64,000 nt of DNA from the human T2T-CHM13v2.0 reference genome, Homo sapiens (GCF_009914755.1 NC_060930.1), one strand, 5' to 3'. Positions 25,855 through 40,933 are shown, counted from the first letter of the stretch. Translations and numbers: made by a program. The notes: generated from the letters alone by a model not told the origin.

Positions 25855-26405
25855 TGTATTAGTCAGGGTTCTTTGGAGGGACAGGACTAACAGGACAGAT
25901 GTATATATGAAAGTGAGTTTATTAAGGAGTAATGACTCAACACAATTGCAAGGTGAAGTCCCACAATAGACTCTTTGCAAGATGAGGAGCAAAGAAGACA
26001 GTATGAGTCCCCAAACCTCAAATGTAGGGAAGCCTACAGGGCAGCTTTCAGTCTGAGGCCGAAGGCCCTAGAGGCCCTGGCAAATCACTGGTATAGGTCC
26101 AAAAGTCCAAAAGCTGAAAAACTAGGAGTCTGATGTTTGAGGGCAGGAAGCATCCAGCATGGAAGAAAGATGGAGGCAAGGAGACTTAGCCAGGCTAGTC
26201 CTTCCACGTTCGTCTGCCTGCTTTTATCCTAGGTGCACTGGCAGCTGATTAGATGGTGCCCACCCAGATTCAGGGTGTGTCCGCCTCTCCTAGTCCACTG
26301 ACTCGCATGTTAATCTCCTTTGGCAACACCCTCATAGACACACCCAGGAACAATACTTTGCATCCTTCAATCCAATCAAGTTGACACTCAATATTAACCA
26401 TCACA
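25855..26405 (-). mobile_element. MLT2A (HERV-L) solo LTR, MLT2A2-length
   Basis: Minus strand starts TGTGATGGTTAATATTGAGTGTCAACTTGATTGGATTG and ends CCCTGACTAATACA (551 bp). Perfect TSD GTGCC at 25850-25854 and 26406-26410. Confidence 0.93.
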
Positions 26406-26629
26406 GTGCCATTAGAAATTTATAAGACCATTGGAAAGCTCTTTAATTCCTTTGAAATTGGACAACCCCATCTATTAGGGCTATGTGGTGTGGATATTTG
26501 TACTAATTTTATGAGTGTCATCCTTGTTTTCTTTTCTAGAATGTAACATTTTTAATGTTGGTTTTGAGTCATCAAGGTTTTATTTAAAAAGTGTCACAGT
26601 TAACTTGCAAATTGATTTTCTTTCCTTGG

Positions 26630-26707
26630 CTTTCTTTTTTCTTTTTCTTTTTTTGAGATGGGGTCTTACTCTGTTGCCCAGGCTGGAGTGCAGTGGCCCG
26701 ATCATGG
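26630..26707 (-). mobile_element. Short Alu 3' fragment (AluJ-like)
   Basis: T-tail followed by 'gagatggggtcttactctgttgcccaggctggagtgcagtggcccgatcatgg', then an abrupt end. Confidence 0.85.
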
Positions 26708-26849
26708 ATAAGGGGACGCTACTGTATTATCATATACAGGAGCTACTGAATTAGGCATATTTAAATAGAGATTCACATTCTGTGATGAAAACTTACTCTG
26801 TGGCTAATGAGAATCTCCCTGACTGGATCACCTTTTTCTGTCAAAGAGA

Positions 26850-27070
26850 GCTAGTATAACATAGTGAAAGCAAAAGAGAGCTTTGGAATAAAAACCTTGC
26901 ACTTCAGTTGGCTCCATTCTTAGCAGTTGATTTAGTTTAGATACCTACCATTCCATAAGTCATGGTTCATCATCTATAAAATGTTGATGATTAAAATTCT
27001 AACTGTGTTGTTGTGAGGCTAAAATATATATAAAAAATATTTACACAGAAGCATTTAATATTAACACTTG
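26850..27070 (+). mobile_element. MIR SINE
   Basis: Degenerate MIR ('catcatctataaaatg...gttgttgtgaggctaaa'). Confidence 0.55.
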
Positions 27071-27370
27071 TTATTATTATACCCATCCAAAAGACCAAAG
27101 TATCATGAATTTTGATGAACCAAGGTAATGGTGGCATCAAGGTAGGATGAAGAGGAAAAGTGAGGGATAATGTAAAATAGATTTTAAAACGAAACAAAAG
27201 GCAATTCGATGTCATCCTGGGTTGATTAGCTTCACCCTCAGCCTGAGGACTTGACTAGGTAATAAAGCTGATTAGCACTGATGGTAGAAGAGGCAAGCAA
27301 GCCTCGTGGCTGGGCTGGTGGGGAGATGAAGGAGGAGCCTCTTCTCACGTTGTCTTCCCTTCCCCTACAC

Positions 27371-27668
<298 letters not shown>

Positions 27669-29011
27669 CCCCTATACCTTTTTAACAAGAACTTCCACCC
27701 TGATAGTTCAGAACGTTTCAGGCTGCTTAGGTGAGTAATTAGGCATTAACTAGCCCTACTTAATTATTAGGCAGTGCTTGGATGGTGAGTTTTCCCAGCT
27801 TCTTATTATGGTTTACTATTATTTAAACTGGTTAGTATGGTTGACAGCCTCTTCCAAATGTAAGGCAGATCATTGTTTTTATGAAAACCTCAACTCAAAT
27901 AATGGCATGCATATCACTTTCACATACAACTCAGAAATACCACTTGGAAATCTTAGCTTCTTTGGCCAGTCTACAGAGAATATGTGCTGGGAAGATGAGT
28001 TTGTAACCATGATGACAAAAGAACTTGAAGGAAGAGCTGCTATTTGGATGTTTAATAGTCTTCCCCATCTTAACTGTCAGTGAAATTGCTGTATAAGGAC
28101 AGCTATGAGAAAGACATTTGTAAAAAGGTTTTGAAGGGGCAATCACAAATTGCTGATGAAAGTAGATGAAGCTATGAAAAAGATTTATGAAGACTAATTT
28201 AGAACTGAATAGTGTTATGAGACACTTTTGGAATTCCACAGTGTGGCTGGGGCCAGGAGGGAAGGGATGAGAGAAAGTAGAATACTGAATACCGTTTGCC
28301 AGCAGACACATTAGGCCTACAGCTCAGATCTCAGCTGTAAAATTTCATTGCACTCTGGGCATATTGGTTGTGGGAAATGCCTGTGATTTTCCCAGCTTGC
28401 TTCTCTTAGCAGGCTTTGAGTGCAAGTTGTCTCAAAGGCTATAAGAAACCAATAGGAAAGGGAACAGTAAAAGCTAATAATTGAAAAAAAAAAAAAAGAA
28501 ATAGCAATTGTTAATTGAAACAATTTTTTTTTCAGTATGCTGTGAATCATCTTATGATGATAGTTGCTCACTTCTTAAGGCGGGTGGCATGGTGTGTGCA
28601 GCTCTTGGTTGGCTGAGAGTCTCCCATACATATAGGAGGAATAAAGCCAAATAGCCTCTGTAGAGATAAGAGGGACTCCTTCAACGCATGTTCATTCTGG
28701 TGCGAGCCAGCAGTTTCTGCCCCTTAAACTAAGACACCCTTTAGAGAATACATCAGTCTATTGAATTTTTCAACCTTATACCTTACAAACTGACACCTAA
28801 TTTTAGTCTATGTTCAGATTTTATATAACTTTTACTCTCAATATAGTTTAATTGTGATAATGAATCAAAATGATACCTAGGTTAAACACTTGTTAGTTTT
28901 CCTATTCATTTTATTAATGAAAACTTTAACGGTGACAAAGATTCTAAAATTTTAATAGAGCAGAATGTTTTTGAAGACTACCTGTATTGGTTTGTGAGTG
29001 TGCACTTTGAC

Positions 29012-29116
29012 CTTTTTGTTTTGTAGAGATGGGGTCTTGCTATGTTGTCCAGGTGATCCTCCCACCTCAACTTCTCAAAGCACTGAGATTACAGGCTTGA
29101 GACACTACTCCTGTCC
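29012..29116 (-). mobile_element. FLAM/Alu monomer fragment
   Basis: 'tgtagagatggggtcttgctatgttgtccagg...gattacaggcttgagacact'. Confidence 0.8.
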
Positions 29117-29199
29117 TTTCATCTTGAATAAATAAACAATATTAAAATTTCTAGTACACATATTCCTAGTTCCACATGAAAAGTACTATGGAAATGAGT

Positions 29200-29400
29200 A
29201 TGTCGTAGTAGAGATGAGATGTATAGATTTGGAATCTGTTAGATTGAGTTTAAGTCACCAGCTGAGCACTCTCAAGCAATTTACTTAATTCCTCTGTTTC
29301 ATATTGCTCATTTGTAAACTGAGGTTGCCACCATCCTCACAAGGTTTCCATGACATTAAATGATGTGCATAGAAAAACAAAATATTGGCACACAGTAAAG
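29200..29400 (+). mobile_element. MIR SINE
   Basis: 'caagcaatttacttaattcctctgtttcatattgctcatttgtaaa...tggcacacagtaaa'. Confidence 0.55.
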
Positions 29401-31900
29401 ATACAAAATGTAGTCTTCCATTTCCTTCTCTAGGGGAAAATCCATATATAGTCTCAATTCGCTAATAAGGAATGAGAAAAGAGTATAACAATTAAGAGTT
29501 ACTGTGTGCCACTGAGAACTAGCCCATCTGCCCCTATATATTGTATAGGATAAAACTCTTAGTGTTTTTCTATATAAATATTTTCAATTGAAAACTTCAA
29601 TGTATGTATATGTCATGTTATAAAATCTCAGAAGTGTTACTGATTTTTAAAAATGTAATCATGATTTGTTTATCTCCACATATGGGATGGAACACAAAAT
29701 TATCATGAGTACAAATGTGTCAGGAATCCATGAATAAATTTTTATCCCTTTATAAAACACAAGAAATATTTTAATGAGATTTAAGAATTAAGTTAGCAAG
29801 AGAAATTGCAACTGAGATATCAGTCCCAAAATGAGACATGACATTGTACATTCATGAATCTGGTATCTATGACCTTTTTCTGGCTCCCTCATTATTTTAT
29901 CAATAAGAATTAGAATCTGCACATTTCATTTTACACTTCCTGAGGCATGCTGTGGAGAATGTTAATGATCAAAAACAGAAATAGAGCAACCTTTAAAACC
30001 AATGTTTCCATTGCAACATTTAATATCTAGGGAAATTGGAGTAAAACGATGAAAAAAAGACATAGTTATTGCAACTCCTTGATCATTGTCAAAAACTAAG
30101 GTCCTGAAAACTAAAGGAAAGGAAATAAAGTCCATGCCCTCCGGTTATTTTTTCATTAGGACTTAGCAAACCAAGCTTGTGCACATGGCATACATTAATA
30201 TTGCTGCCTGTCCATTCATTGCTGCTCATGCCTATTATAAAAGACAAAAGATTTACATGATCTCAAGAAAAACCGGAGTATGTGCTCATGCCGATTTATG
30301 CTTGGTTCTGACACTTCTCTCTATAATCCTGGGCCATTAAAGAGCTCACTTCAACTTCTCTGACTGCTTCCGTAGATGCTATCCGTTTTGATGGAACAGA
30401 GTGGCTGTGAGTGCCACTTTTGTTCTCTTAACCACAAATGAGTGCACATTTCTACTCTTCTACAATACCGGACCTATTTATCTTAGGGTACCTGAGAGAA
30501 GAGATGATATCTGGGATAGACCATGATAACCCCCTTTCTATTGTTGGTCAGTTTTTCTTTTTCCACATTTCCAAGAAACATATTCATTTGAATAAATTAA
30601 ACTTAATAAAGAAGCTAGTGACAAAGTACATGCAAGCCTCATGATGACTATTTTTAAAGTTATGGCTAGATTTTCTAAATGTACAGTAATGCTTAAAGTA
30701 GACTGCAGTTATCTTAACATGAATGTAGACATAGGCTAAAAATTTATAATTTAAGAAATATTTAAAACTGATGCCCAGTCCCAAAAGGTTCTTTATACTA
30801 AAGTCATCTTTTTAACTATAATTTTTACTATTGACTTTCTTTGGCAGGTTCAATTATATCTTTCTAAAATATCACTTAGAATGATTAACCATTTTGGTGA
30901 CTTTTAAAACACGGTGCTTTAAAATAATGCTTATGCACGGGAAACAAAGTGCAAAATGATAGACAGTAAATAGGATATCTTTTTTTCTACCCCAGACCAC
31001 CTTTGCATGATTTTGATATTAGTTTTTGATACCTTTTTATAAGTTCTTAATTGCAACGATGAATACTTCACTTATTTTCATTCTTTTCTTCAACAATGCT
31101 ATATTTAATATCTGCATAAGATTTACACAATTATGTAACATTTCAAATAGAGAGTGATAGTATAATATACCCACATATACCTATTATTCCACTTACATAA
31201 CAAACCTTGTTTCCTCCATTACTCCCTCCAAATTTAACCCTTGTTTCTGGATTTCTTTGACGATAATTCTGGGCAGTGTATTCTTTCACCAGTAAATATT
31301 TTAGTACTGACTATATCTCTAAAGCATAAAGAGTCTTGTTCCATAACATTTTGTATAATTTTGAGCACATCTGGTAAGAGCACTATTTTCAATTTCATAA
31401 ATTATTTCAACATGAGCGATGCTAAACAATGCCATTACTGGCACCCTGCCCTGCTACACTAAACTTGTTTTGATAGATTTATCAAACAATTAACACTTGG
31501 GGTCACAGAAAGTGAGTTAAAAATTTTCAAATTCAATTTCATTATATATCCACCTTGATATTTTCTTCCATATATATTTTAGAAAAAAAATTATTTGTTT
31601 ATTAACTGTTCAAGAAAAGACAGTTTTGTGGGTGGCAGGGCCAGGGAAGGTCAGATAATATCTTCAAATTTCTTTGTTCTATAAAAAGAACTCATGTTTT
31701 TACATGTTGATTTTCAACACCAGCAAGCTAAAATTCATTTGAAAATTTCAAATTTAAAAATTCAGAATGCATCAGAAACTTGTTAATACTTATTTCCCCC
31801 AGATTAGTATTGCAATGTTTTTAAAGTCTTATTTATTTACCTTAAGAGCTAGTATTCTTAGAGGGTTTCTTCAATTAATGGTTAAGAATTCTTCTTTTCA

Positions 31901-32896
<996 letters not shown>

Positions 32897-35800
32897 AAGA
32901 ATTCTTCTTTTCACCTACTGAAAGGAAAATTGAGAGTTTGAACCTATAAACGATGTAGACCTTCACTGTATACTTTTCTTTCTCCTCATCATTTTTCTGT
33001 TTCCAAAATTAATGACTTTTAGGGTTTGTCTTTTCTCTGCTTGATGGGTAACTAAATGTGAACACTCTCAGGTCTAAAGTATGCAGTAAGGTGCAGTGGT
33101 GGGCTCTCCAGGGTCTGATAGCATTTTTAGAAACAAGAAAGAATTTCAAGGTAAGTAATTTTATTAATAATGTTTTCAGCCAGAAGATTTTAGTAAATTC
33201 TAGGCTGGGATTCAAGCAGAGCTATTAAAACCAATCAATATTCTATAGGGACTGAGTTTTTGCTTTTCCCTTTGTATTGACCCCACCCACACATGAATTT
33301 CTGTGACACTTTATATGAAACATATTCATGCAATACACCTAGAGAAATGCCCATAGAATATTTATAGATGCACATTTATATTCTTTTACTCAAAATATGG
33401 ATTGTACTATATTTAATATATAAATATATACAAAGAGACGTCATTCTGATATGTTATAAACCTTGCTTTTAGTTGTCAACATGAGCCCAGCTGAGTTTGA
33501 AGCTTTTTTTGCCCTTTAAGTCACACATGTGCTCATTGGGTATCTTCCCTTATTTCTGCATATGTGTGAATTTGGGGAAAGCTGTGTGTTTAGAAACACA
33601 CAGAGTAGAGTGTAGAGAAAGGCCAAATCCAATTTTCTCAGAGCCCATTCTTTTTACCTGCTTTCTTTGGTTGCCAGAAGCCTCAAAGCTTCACAAATTA
33701 ATGTGGTCCGCAGGTGGTATCTCTTGTGATGCACATCAGTGGAAGAGCTGAACCAATTTCCAGAACCTTCCACCTTTCACTAGGCTACGTGGTCACAATA
33801 CTTTAAAATAATTTCATTTCATTTATCTTAATTGCTTGATTAATTAAGTCTCCTAGGATGGATCTAAGATAAACTTTACCTGCAGTGATTTCTGCCATAT
33901 GTTAAGCCTTAGAAATAAATTCTGGTCTAGACTGGGACTTCTGGGATCATTTAGCATCCAAACTCTCCTTTGAGTAAATGGTGAGAAGTGGTGAATATTT
34001 TTACAATCCAAATAGAGACGTCTATTAATCCTAAAATGAAATAGTCAGATATAGGAAAAAATAATCAAATGCTTTAGATGTTAAGTGGGAATACAATTTA
34101 AATGTATCTTGAAAATTAAAGGAGGTTAAATGTAGTTATGGATGTTAGTTTTATTATATTTACTTGAAAATTAGTATTTTTCTGAATAACACATGGTTCC
34201 TCCAGTATTTAATGAACTAGTATTTACTAACTGCTGGAGACAGATGACTTAACGCAAACATTTAGGTAAATTATTTGTAACAGTCTTCCATTATCTCCAT
34301 TTTAAAGACTTGAAGCTCAGATATATAAAATGACAAATCAGTGTCTCCTGGTTACACAGCAGTAGAGCTGGGTGGATCCAGAGGTTTCCTGACTCTGTCC
34401 AGTGCTCTATTCACCTTTCTACAGAAACTCCTAACAATACTGAAAGAGTAAAGTGAGTATTATGTTAAAGTTACAGGTTAAGTGTCATAGAAATATGGGG
34501 AATTAGTCACGTCTGAGAGAGGGGAAAAGCCTCATAGATATAAGGCTGAAAATATTAGACCCGGTCACTCATATATTTTGTTAAAGTGTTTGCATTTTGT
34601 TCATTAGGCCATTGGGAGCCATTAACAGATTTTTAAAGAAGCATAAGTCATGATTCAAGTGTGTATTAAGAGAATAACTTTAGCAGCTGTGAGAATTAAA
34701 GACTACAGCAGTGTTTGTTTTCCCAGCTTTTTGGATTTTTTCATAATATAACATATACTTTTTGTTTATAAGTCACATTGCTAGTGCCATAGTACTAAAG
34801 TTATGTATAAGATTACAACAAAGGGGAAAATAAAGATAAGATTCAACTCTTAATTCTTTTAAATTTTATTTTATTAACAGTAAAAAATACTTTTGCTTCC
34901 TAATATAAAGTTAAGATAGTAATACAATTTTACTACTATATAAAATTTATGTATGCTTACATTGAGAACAATGTGAATAAATATATTTCCTAAAAAGAAA
35001 ACAACTCTGTAGTTTATTTACCCTTTGTGAAAAAGCTATATTATGTGCTTATCTTAGTTCAGTTTATTTTGATTCTTTAATCATATTACTTTCATAGTTG
35101 TTATAATATTTATTCAATATTCATGATTTTATTCAATTTTAGAATATTTCTTCACTTTCAAATCTTACCCTTCAATTATGCAAAGTTTTGTTTTAAAACT
35201 TAGGTAATTCCCATCTTTCCTGATGACAGACAGTAGTTACAAATTAATTGGAAGTTGTCAGATTTTTAATAAATCAGCTCTATATCTACTAATAGAATTT
35301 GCAAACACTTTTAACAGGTGAGCAAAATGTATTCCTGAGTTTTTAAATGTGTAGGTAAGAAGTTTTGTAGTTGCTGATATTAATATTGGGAGAAAATTAC
35401 ATAACCATATTGGATTTGATTAGTTCATCATGTTCTGCCCTAGAATGTGGCTGATTAAATGCATTGGTGTTGTGATTTTCTTGGCTTTTTAATGCTATCT
35501 TAAATTTAGTGTTTTATTTTACTATTTTGTTGCTGAAATCTTTTTTTAATTACTATTCTATGATGACCAGTTTGATTAAAATGAAATAATCAAAACCTGG
35601 CTTCAACTGCTTTGTAAGACAATATGCTGAAACTATCAATTATTCTACATTGTTGAATGTCCTCTTTGCCCTCAGGATTATTACCATATCAGAGGAAATG
35701 GCTGGCATACTGCCAAAGGAGTGGGCTAGCATTGACTTACATATTAATAATTACAGCTAATCTTCATTTACAACTTACTTTTTTCCAAGCACTGTTCTAC

Positions 35801-37409
35801 CCTAACTAATCTTCACAGCAGCTCTGTGGAAAAAAGTACTATATTATCTGTCTATTATATACAAAGAAATAAATTATTTTTAATTTTATGTTCATTGAAT
35901 TTTTGGAGTAAAAATAAATATAAATGGACTGTCTAATATTTCTTCCAATACTCAGGAGATTGACTTTACAGCTCCTAGGGCATCTGTACCTCACTTTAGA
36001 GATCTCTAGATGAGAGAAGTGATGGAGGGAAGGAAGGAGATAGATTAGAAGGCCATGGCAGTAGGCAAATGAAAAACAATGACATCTTGTACTAGGGCAA
36101 TGGAAGTGCAGTTATATAGAAGGTAGAATTCATAGAATTTATGACTCTTTAACATAAACTTCAGTTAACACAGAAGAAATATAGGCAGTAATAACACAAA
36201 AGGCATATTTCCAACACCCTCAGAATTAATTGAACATAAACTTTTGGTTGATTCCAAGCTATGTGTTACTGTTTCAACCTTTTCCAAGTCTAGTGATTCA
36301 ATTTTCCCCTTACCAGTTTGTTATGAAGTTGGTCACTGAGTCAGTGCCTTCCTCAGCTGCCCTGGTAGTATCAGAGGACTGCAGAGAATGGCTGCCACTT
36401 TGTGTTTTGGTAAAATGATTTATCTTTCAGGAGACAGAAGGATTATGAGAAAAGCACTAGCTGTTCCGGTTGTTCTGTTTCATATATGGTAGTAGTTACA
36501 TGGTCAGTGGTACATGGACATATTTTGAACCTACAGATCAACCTGTGATCACTCAGTGCCAGACTTCCCTATTCCAGTCGTATATTTAATGAATCTTTTG
36601 CCCCCAGCTTATTTTCCTTCTAATGTTTTTATTGTGTTTTTTAATACACAGAACTATAAAACTTTTGTAAAGAACTAGTAAAGTTTTGTTATTTTGCTTC
36701 AAAAGTTTTTTCTTTTTCCAAAATTATACAACTATTTACCCATAGTTTATTCCTCTTTGAAAAATGGTTTCAATTTTTACAATTACCACTTTAACCTCCT
36801 AGAGATCTTTGGCAAGTGTTGTGAAGGCTATTATTTTTTAATATTATTAACCAGTTATTTTAACTGGTTAGAATATTTATTTACTAGTCGTATTGATTTA
36901 TAAAAATAAGTATTTTTATGTTTAATTCTATTTTCAGCATTCTCTTTTATTTCAGTGTGTATTATTTATGGTAAAATATTATATTTTAAAATACGAAAGT
37001 GCTAATATTTCCTTGCTCATTTCACCACAAAATTTCTCTTCATTTTGTCTATTTATTTTTCTAGGTAACTTAGAATTAACTCAATACATCCAAAAATTTT
37101 GTTTTGACTTGTATAGAAATTATTTTAGATAACTGTATAAATTAATGTTAGAGTGTCAACATTTTTGGAATATTGAGTGTTCTTACACTGAATGTAATTT
37201 GGTTCAATATTTATTCAAGTGTTTTTAAATCCCTTAGTAAAATATTGAACTTTTACTTTTCTAAGTTTCCTAAAATTCATGGTTTTTTGGTTTCTGAACA
37301 CTTTATGTAATTTTTTTTAAAATTTTGTGTTTAATTTTAAAATTTGTTTTGTATGTAGTTCCTGATATATGGGTAAAAGTTTTATTTTATTTTTATATTT
37401 GGTATTCAG

Positions 37410-37521
37410 TCTTTGTAGAGAAAGGGTTTCCCTACGTTGCCCAGGCTGGCCTCAAGCAATCCTCTCACCTCAGCCTCCCCAAGTGCTGGAATTTACAGGC
37501 ATGAGCCACTATGCCTGGCCA
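37410..37521 (-). mobile_element. FLAM/Alu monomer within degenerate antisense L1M-like sequence
   Basis: 'tgtagagaaagggtttccctacgttgcccaggctgg...catgagccactatgcctggcc'. Confidence 0.8.
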
Positions 37522-38027
37522 CATTTTCTTATTAGGTCTACTGATTTTTATGTTGATTGTCTGGAATTATTTAAATAATTCTATTGTCTTAAAATGATCT
37601 TTTTATTTCTGACTTTTAATTTTTAAAACTCATTCTATTTTATTGCAGAAATAGTACCGGCAATGTATTCTTGAATTATTTTAGCTCCAGTATATATATA
37701 GTATGCCAAATTCTCAGTAGAAAATGAGATTCAGCTTTAATTATTGCAAAGGCCTGTGTGTTTTATCACCTTTTTAAGAGTTACAATGGCACATGAAAAT
37801 CAAACTGTCATTAGCTGCTTTTTTTTTTTTTTTTTTTTTTAATCAAGGACAGTGTGGACCTACTTATTTTGAATGTGTAGCTGCAGGCATCAATTCCCAT
37901 ATCCTCTTTATTTCTCAGAAGATTTTGCTTCCTTATGACCACTTTGTATGCTGCGATCCATTAAGAGACCTATAGTGGGAACTGTTTTTCTTTAGCTCAC
38001 TTGTTTATTGACACTGTTTTAACTCTT

Positions 38028-38055
38028 TACTAGCCATATATATATATGGCTAGTA
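38028..38055. repeat. Perfect 28-bp palindrome
   Basis: TACTAGCC-ATATATATATAT-GGCTAGTA equals its own reverse complement. Confidence 0.95.
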
Positions 38056-38124
38056 TATATATATACAGTTAACCTCCTGGTAAGTATGGTTTGGAGAGTG
38101 CATGTTATTTTAATCTGATGATGC

Positions 38125-38166
38125 AAGGATCAGTAGATCTGGAAGATGTGTGAACCTAAAAATGTG
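38125..38166 (+). repeat. 42-bp dispersed direct repeat, copy 1
   Basis: Identical to 40934-40975. Confidence 0.95.
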
Positions 38167-39399
38167 GCATTAAATACATTTCTGTAATATTATTCCAATT
38201 TCTCATCCTTTCTTTGTAAAGTTGGAAATAAGAATTTTCAACTGGAGATAAACATGCTTTATAATGCTATGGAATCATAAATACACAATCAATGTGATTT
38301 AGTACAAACTTACTGGAGAAAATCAGGAATTGGCTAATGGGACACCCGGAGGGAGCACTGTTTATTCTGACCATGATGTCTGCTGGTGTATAACCCATAG
38401 GATTGGCGAGCATACTCAGAGGTCTGTCTATGAGAACTTTTCTTTGTCTCTTTGCATAGCCGAGCTTAAGAACTCAAACAGGTAAGATTCATTTTGATGA
38501 TTAGCAGATCAGCATCAGGAGAAGCCAATGAAGAGGATTTTGGGAAGATGCCGGTCTATGAGCCATCTTGAAAAATATAGGAAGATAGGGATTAGAAGGA
38601 ATTAGGACAAGGGTATATAGTATGGGCCCACAGGTTTCTGATCAGAGTTTTGATGTGACCTGTGGCCACAAGAAGCCTTTGCACATCTTTGGCCTTCTGT
38701 GACTCTGCTCTTCCTATAATCTAGGCTTCTTTGTTCTTTCTTCCATTTGCCCCAATTAGATTTAATATTGAGGATCATTCTGAGACTTTCGTGATGCTAC
38801 CATTTTATTTGTCATCTTGAACAATTTGCACATGCCTCCAACATGGCAACTGTCATGTCGCCGTGTAATTATCTGTTAATCTGGCTCCTCCTTATGGCAC
38901 TACATATGGTCAAGAATAATGCTGGAGTTCTGTTGGGGCTGCATTTAGGGATCAAGAGGTGAATTCAGGTAGAACTGTGACATAACCCCAAATTTGGGGG
39001 AAATGGCAGGCATACATTAAAAAGAGAGAGATTGACAGGAGAATAGAATAGGCCCTTTGGAGGGTATATGTTGGATATTAAGGACAAGACTGGAAATGAT
39101 GTTATTTGTCCTGTTGCCTTTTATCCTCCAACATGATTTAAAGGGATAATTATATCTGAATCACCTAGTTCAGAATAGTTATCTTATTGAAAACAAGAAA
39201 AATAACTTACAGCGTCTCAAATTTACTCAATGATCAAAATAACCTGAAATGATTGTTAAATGTTCAGCTTACCAGGCCTCTTTGAAATTCTAGTTCAGAA
39301 ACACAGTGTTGGTTGCCTAGGAATTTGTGCTTTGAATAAGCTGACTACTGATGAATCTGGTACATGCTAACATGTGAGAACCAGTGATAGAGGCTATAA

Positions 39400-39810
39400 T
39401 CTTAAGAAAGCTAAGCAGTTTATTTCCTTCTTCCAATATGTATTCCCTGCTTTCTTTTTACGTTAGAAGAACCCACAGATGAAGGCACATTTATAAAGAT
39501 TGTATGTGTGACTAGGTTTGGCCAGTGAGATATGTGGAACTGATGGGTACAAGTTCCTGGTGGTGTCCTTGTGAAGAAAGTCTGTGCTGCTTTTCCGACC
39601 CTGCCTTTATCTTGCTGCATGGGATGTGGACATGGTGGGTGCACCATCATAAGCCATGCAAATAAGGACCAGACTGCAGATTTGAGGGAGCAGCAAGATT
39701 GAAGGAGCCGGAATCCCTGGACATTATCCCTTTCACATGAGAGAAGTACTTTTTACCTGGCCATTCAGATCTGTTATATATAATCCAGCTCATATCTTAA
39801 ATAATGGAAT
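39400..39810 (+). mobile_element. Old MaLR LTR (MLT1-like)
   Basis: 'tgtgactaggtttggccagtgagatatg' and 'gagcagcaagattgaaggagccggaatccctg'. Confidence 0.55.
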
Positions 39811-40077
39811 ACAATAAAAGAGTAAAATAGTTAAAAACATAGCTTAGTGAAATGTAAATTAATATATGAAGACAAAAAGAGGAAACAGAATCTTAAGTCA
39901 CAAAGTTGTTTATAGTGGTTATCTCTTAGACATGCATTTGGTTTCAAGTTTCTAGAAAGTAGAAGTAAAAAGGGAAATATGATTAGATATACTTTCTCCA
40001 ATATCACAAGGTAAAACTTTGCTTATCCTTTACCTCTAAAGTTTTTTTTCAAGTGTTGTTACATATGTGGGGCATTA

Positions 40078-40308
40078 TTGAACAGTGAGAACACATGGAC
40101 ACAGGAAGGGGAACATCACACACCGGGGCCTGTTGTGGGGTGGGGGGAGTGGGGAGGGATAGCATTAGGAGATATACCTAATGCTAAATGATGAGTAATG
40201 GGTGCAGCACACCAATATGGCACATGTATACATACGTAACTAACCTGCACGTTGTGCACATGTACCCTAAAACTTAAAGTATCATAAAAAAAAAAAAAAG
40301 AAAAAAAA
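40078..40308 (+). mobile_element. Short L1PA 3'UTR insertion with poly(A)
   Basis: 'gagaacacatggacacaggaaggggaac...aaaacttaaagtatc' followed by an A-tail. Confidence 0.95.
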
Positions 40309-40406
40309 GGTAGGCAGTGGGAAGAGAGCTCAATAATTACTTACAGCAATTGCATTAAGAGTTTCACAGTGTAGTTGCTGGCTGTGTCTCTTAATAACAA
40401 TAATCA

Positions 40407-40667
<261 letters not shown>

Positions 40668-40933
40668 TCAATATTATTACTGTCCTGGAATCAATACGAT
40701 ATTGTGTAATCATGAAGAATTCCAATGCTTAATGCTCAGGATTAATTTAAGTATAAAATTAAGTATAAAGTTTAGCATTATCACAGCAGCGAATTTTATA
40801 GTTTTTAAGTATCAGAATCCCCTTTTCTTTTCAACTGAAATGTGTGGCCGACCCTGATATGTAAAACAACTCTCTTGATTTAGGTGGGAGTGATAGGCTC
40901 TGACATCTTTCAACTTGGCCTGCCCTTGTTCTT

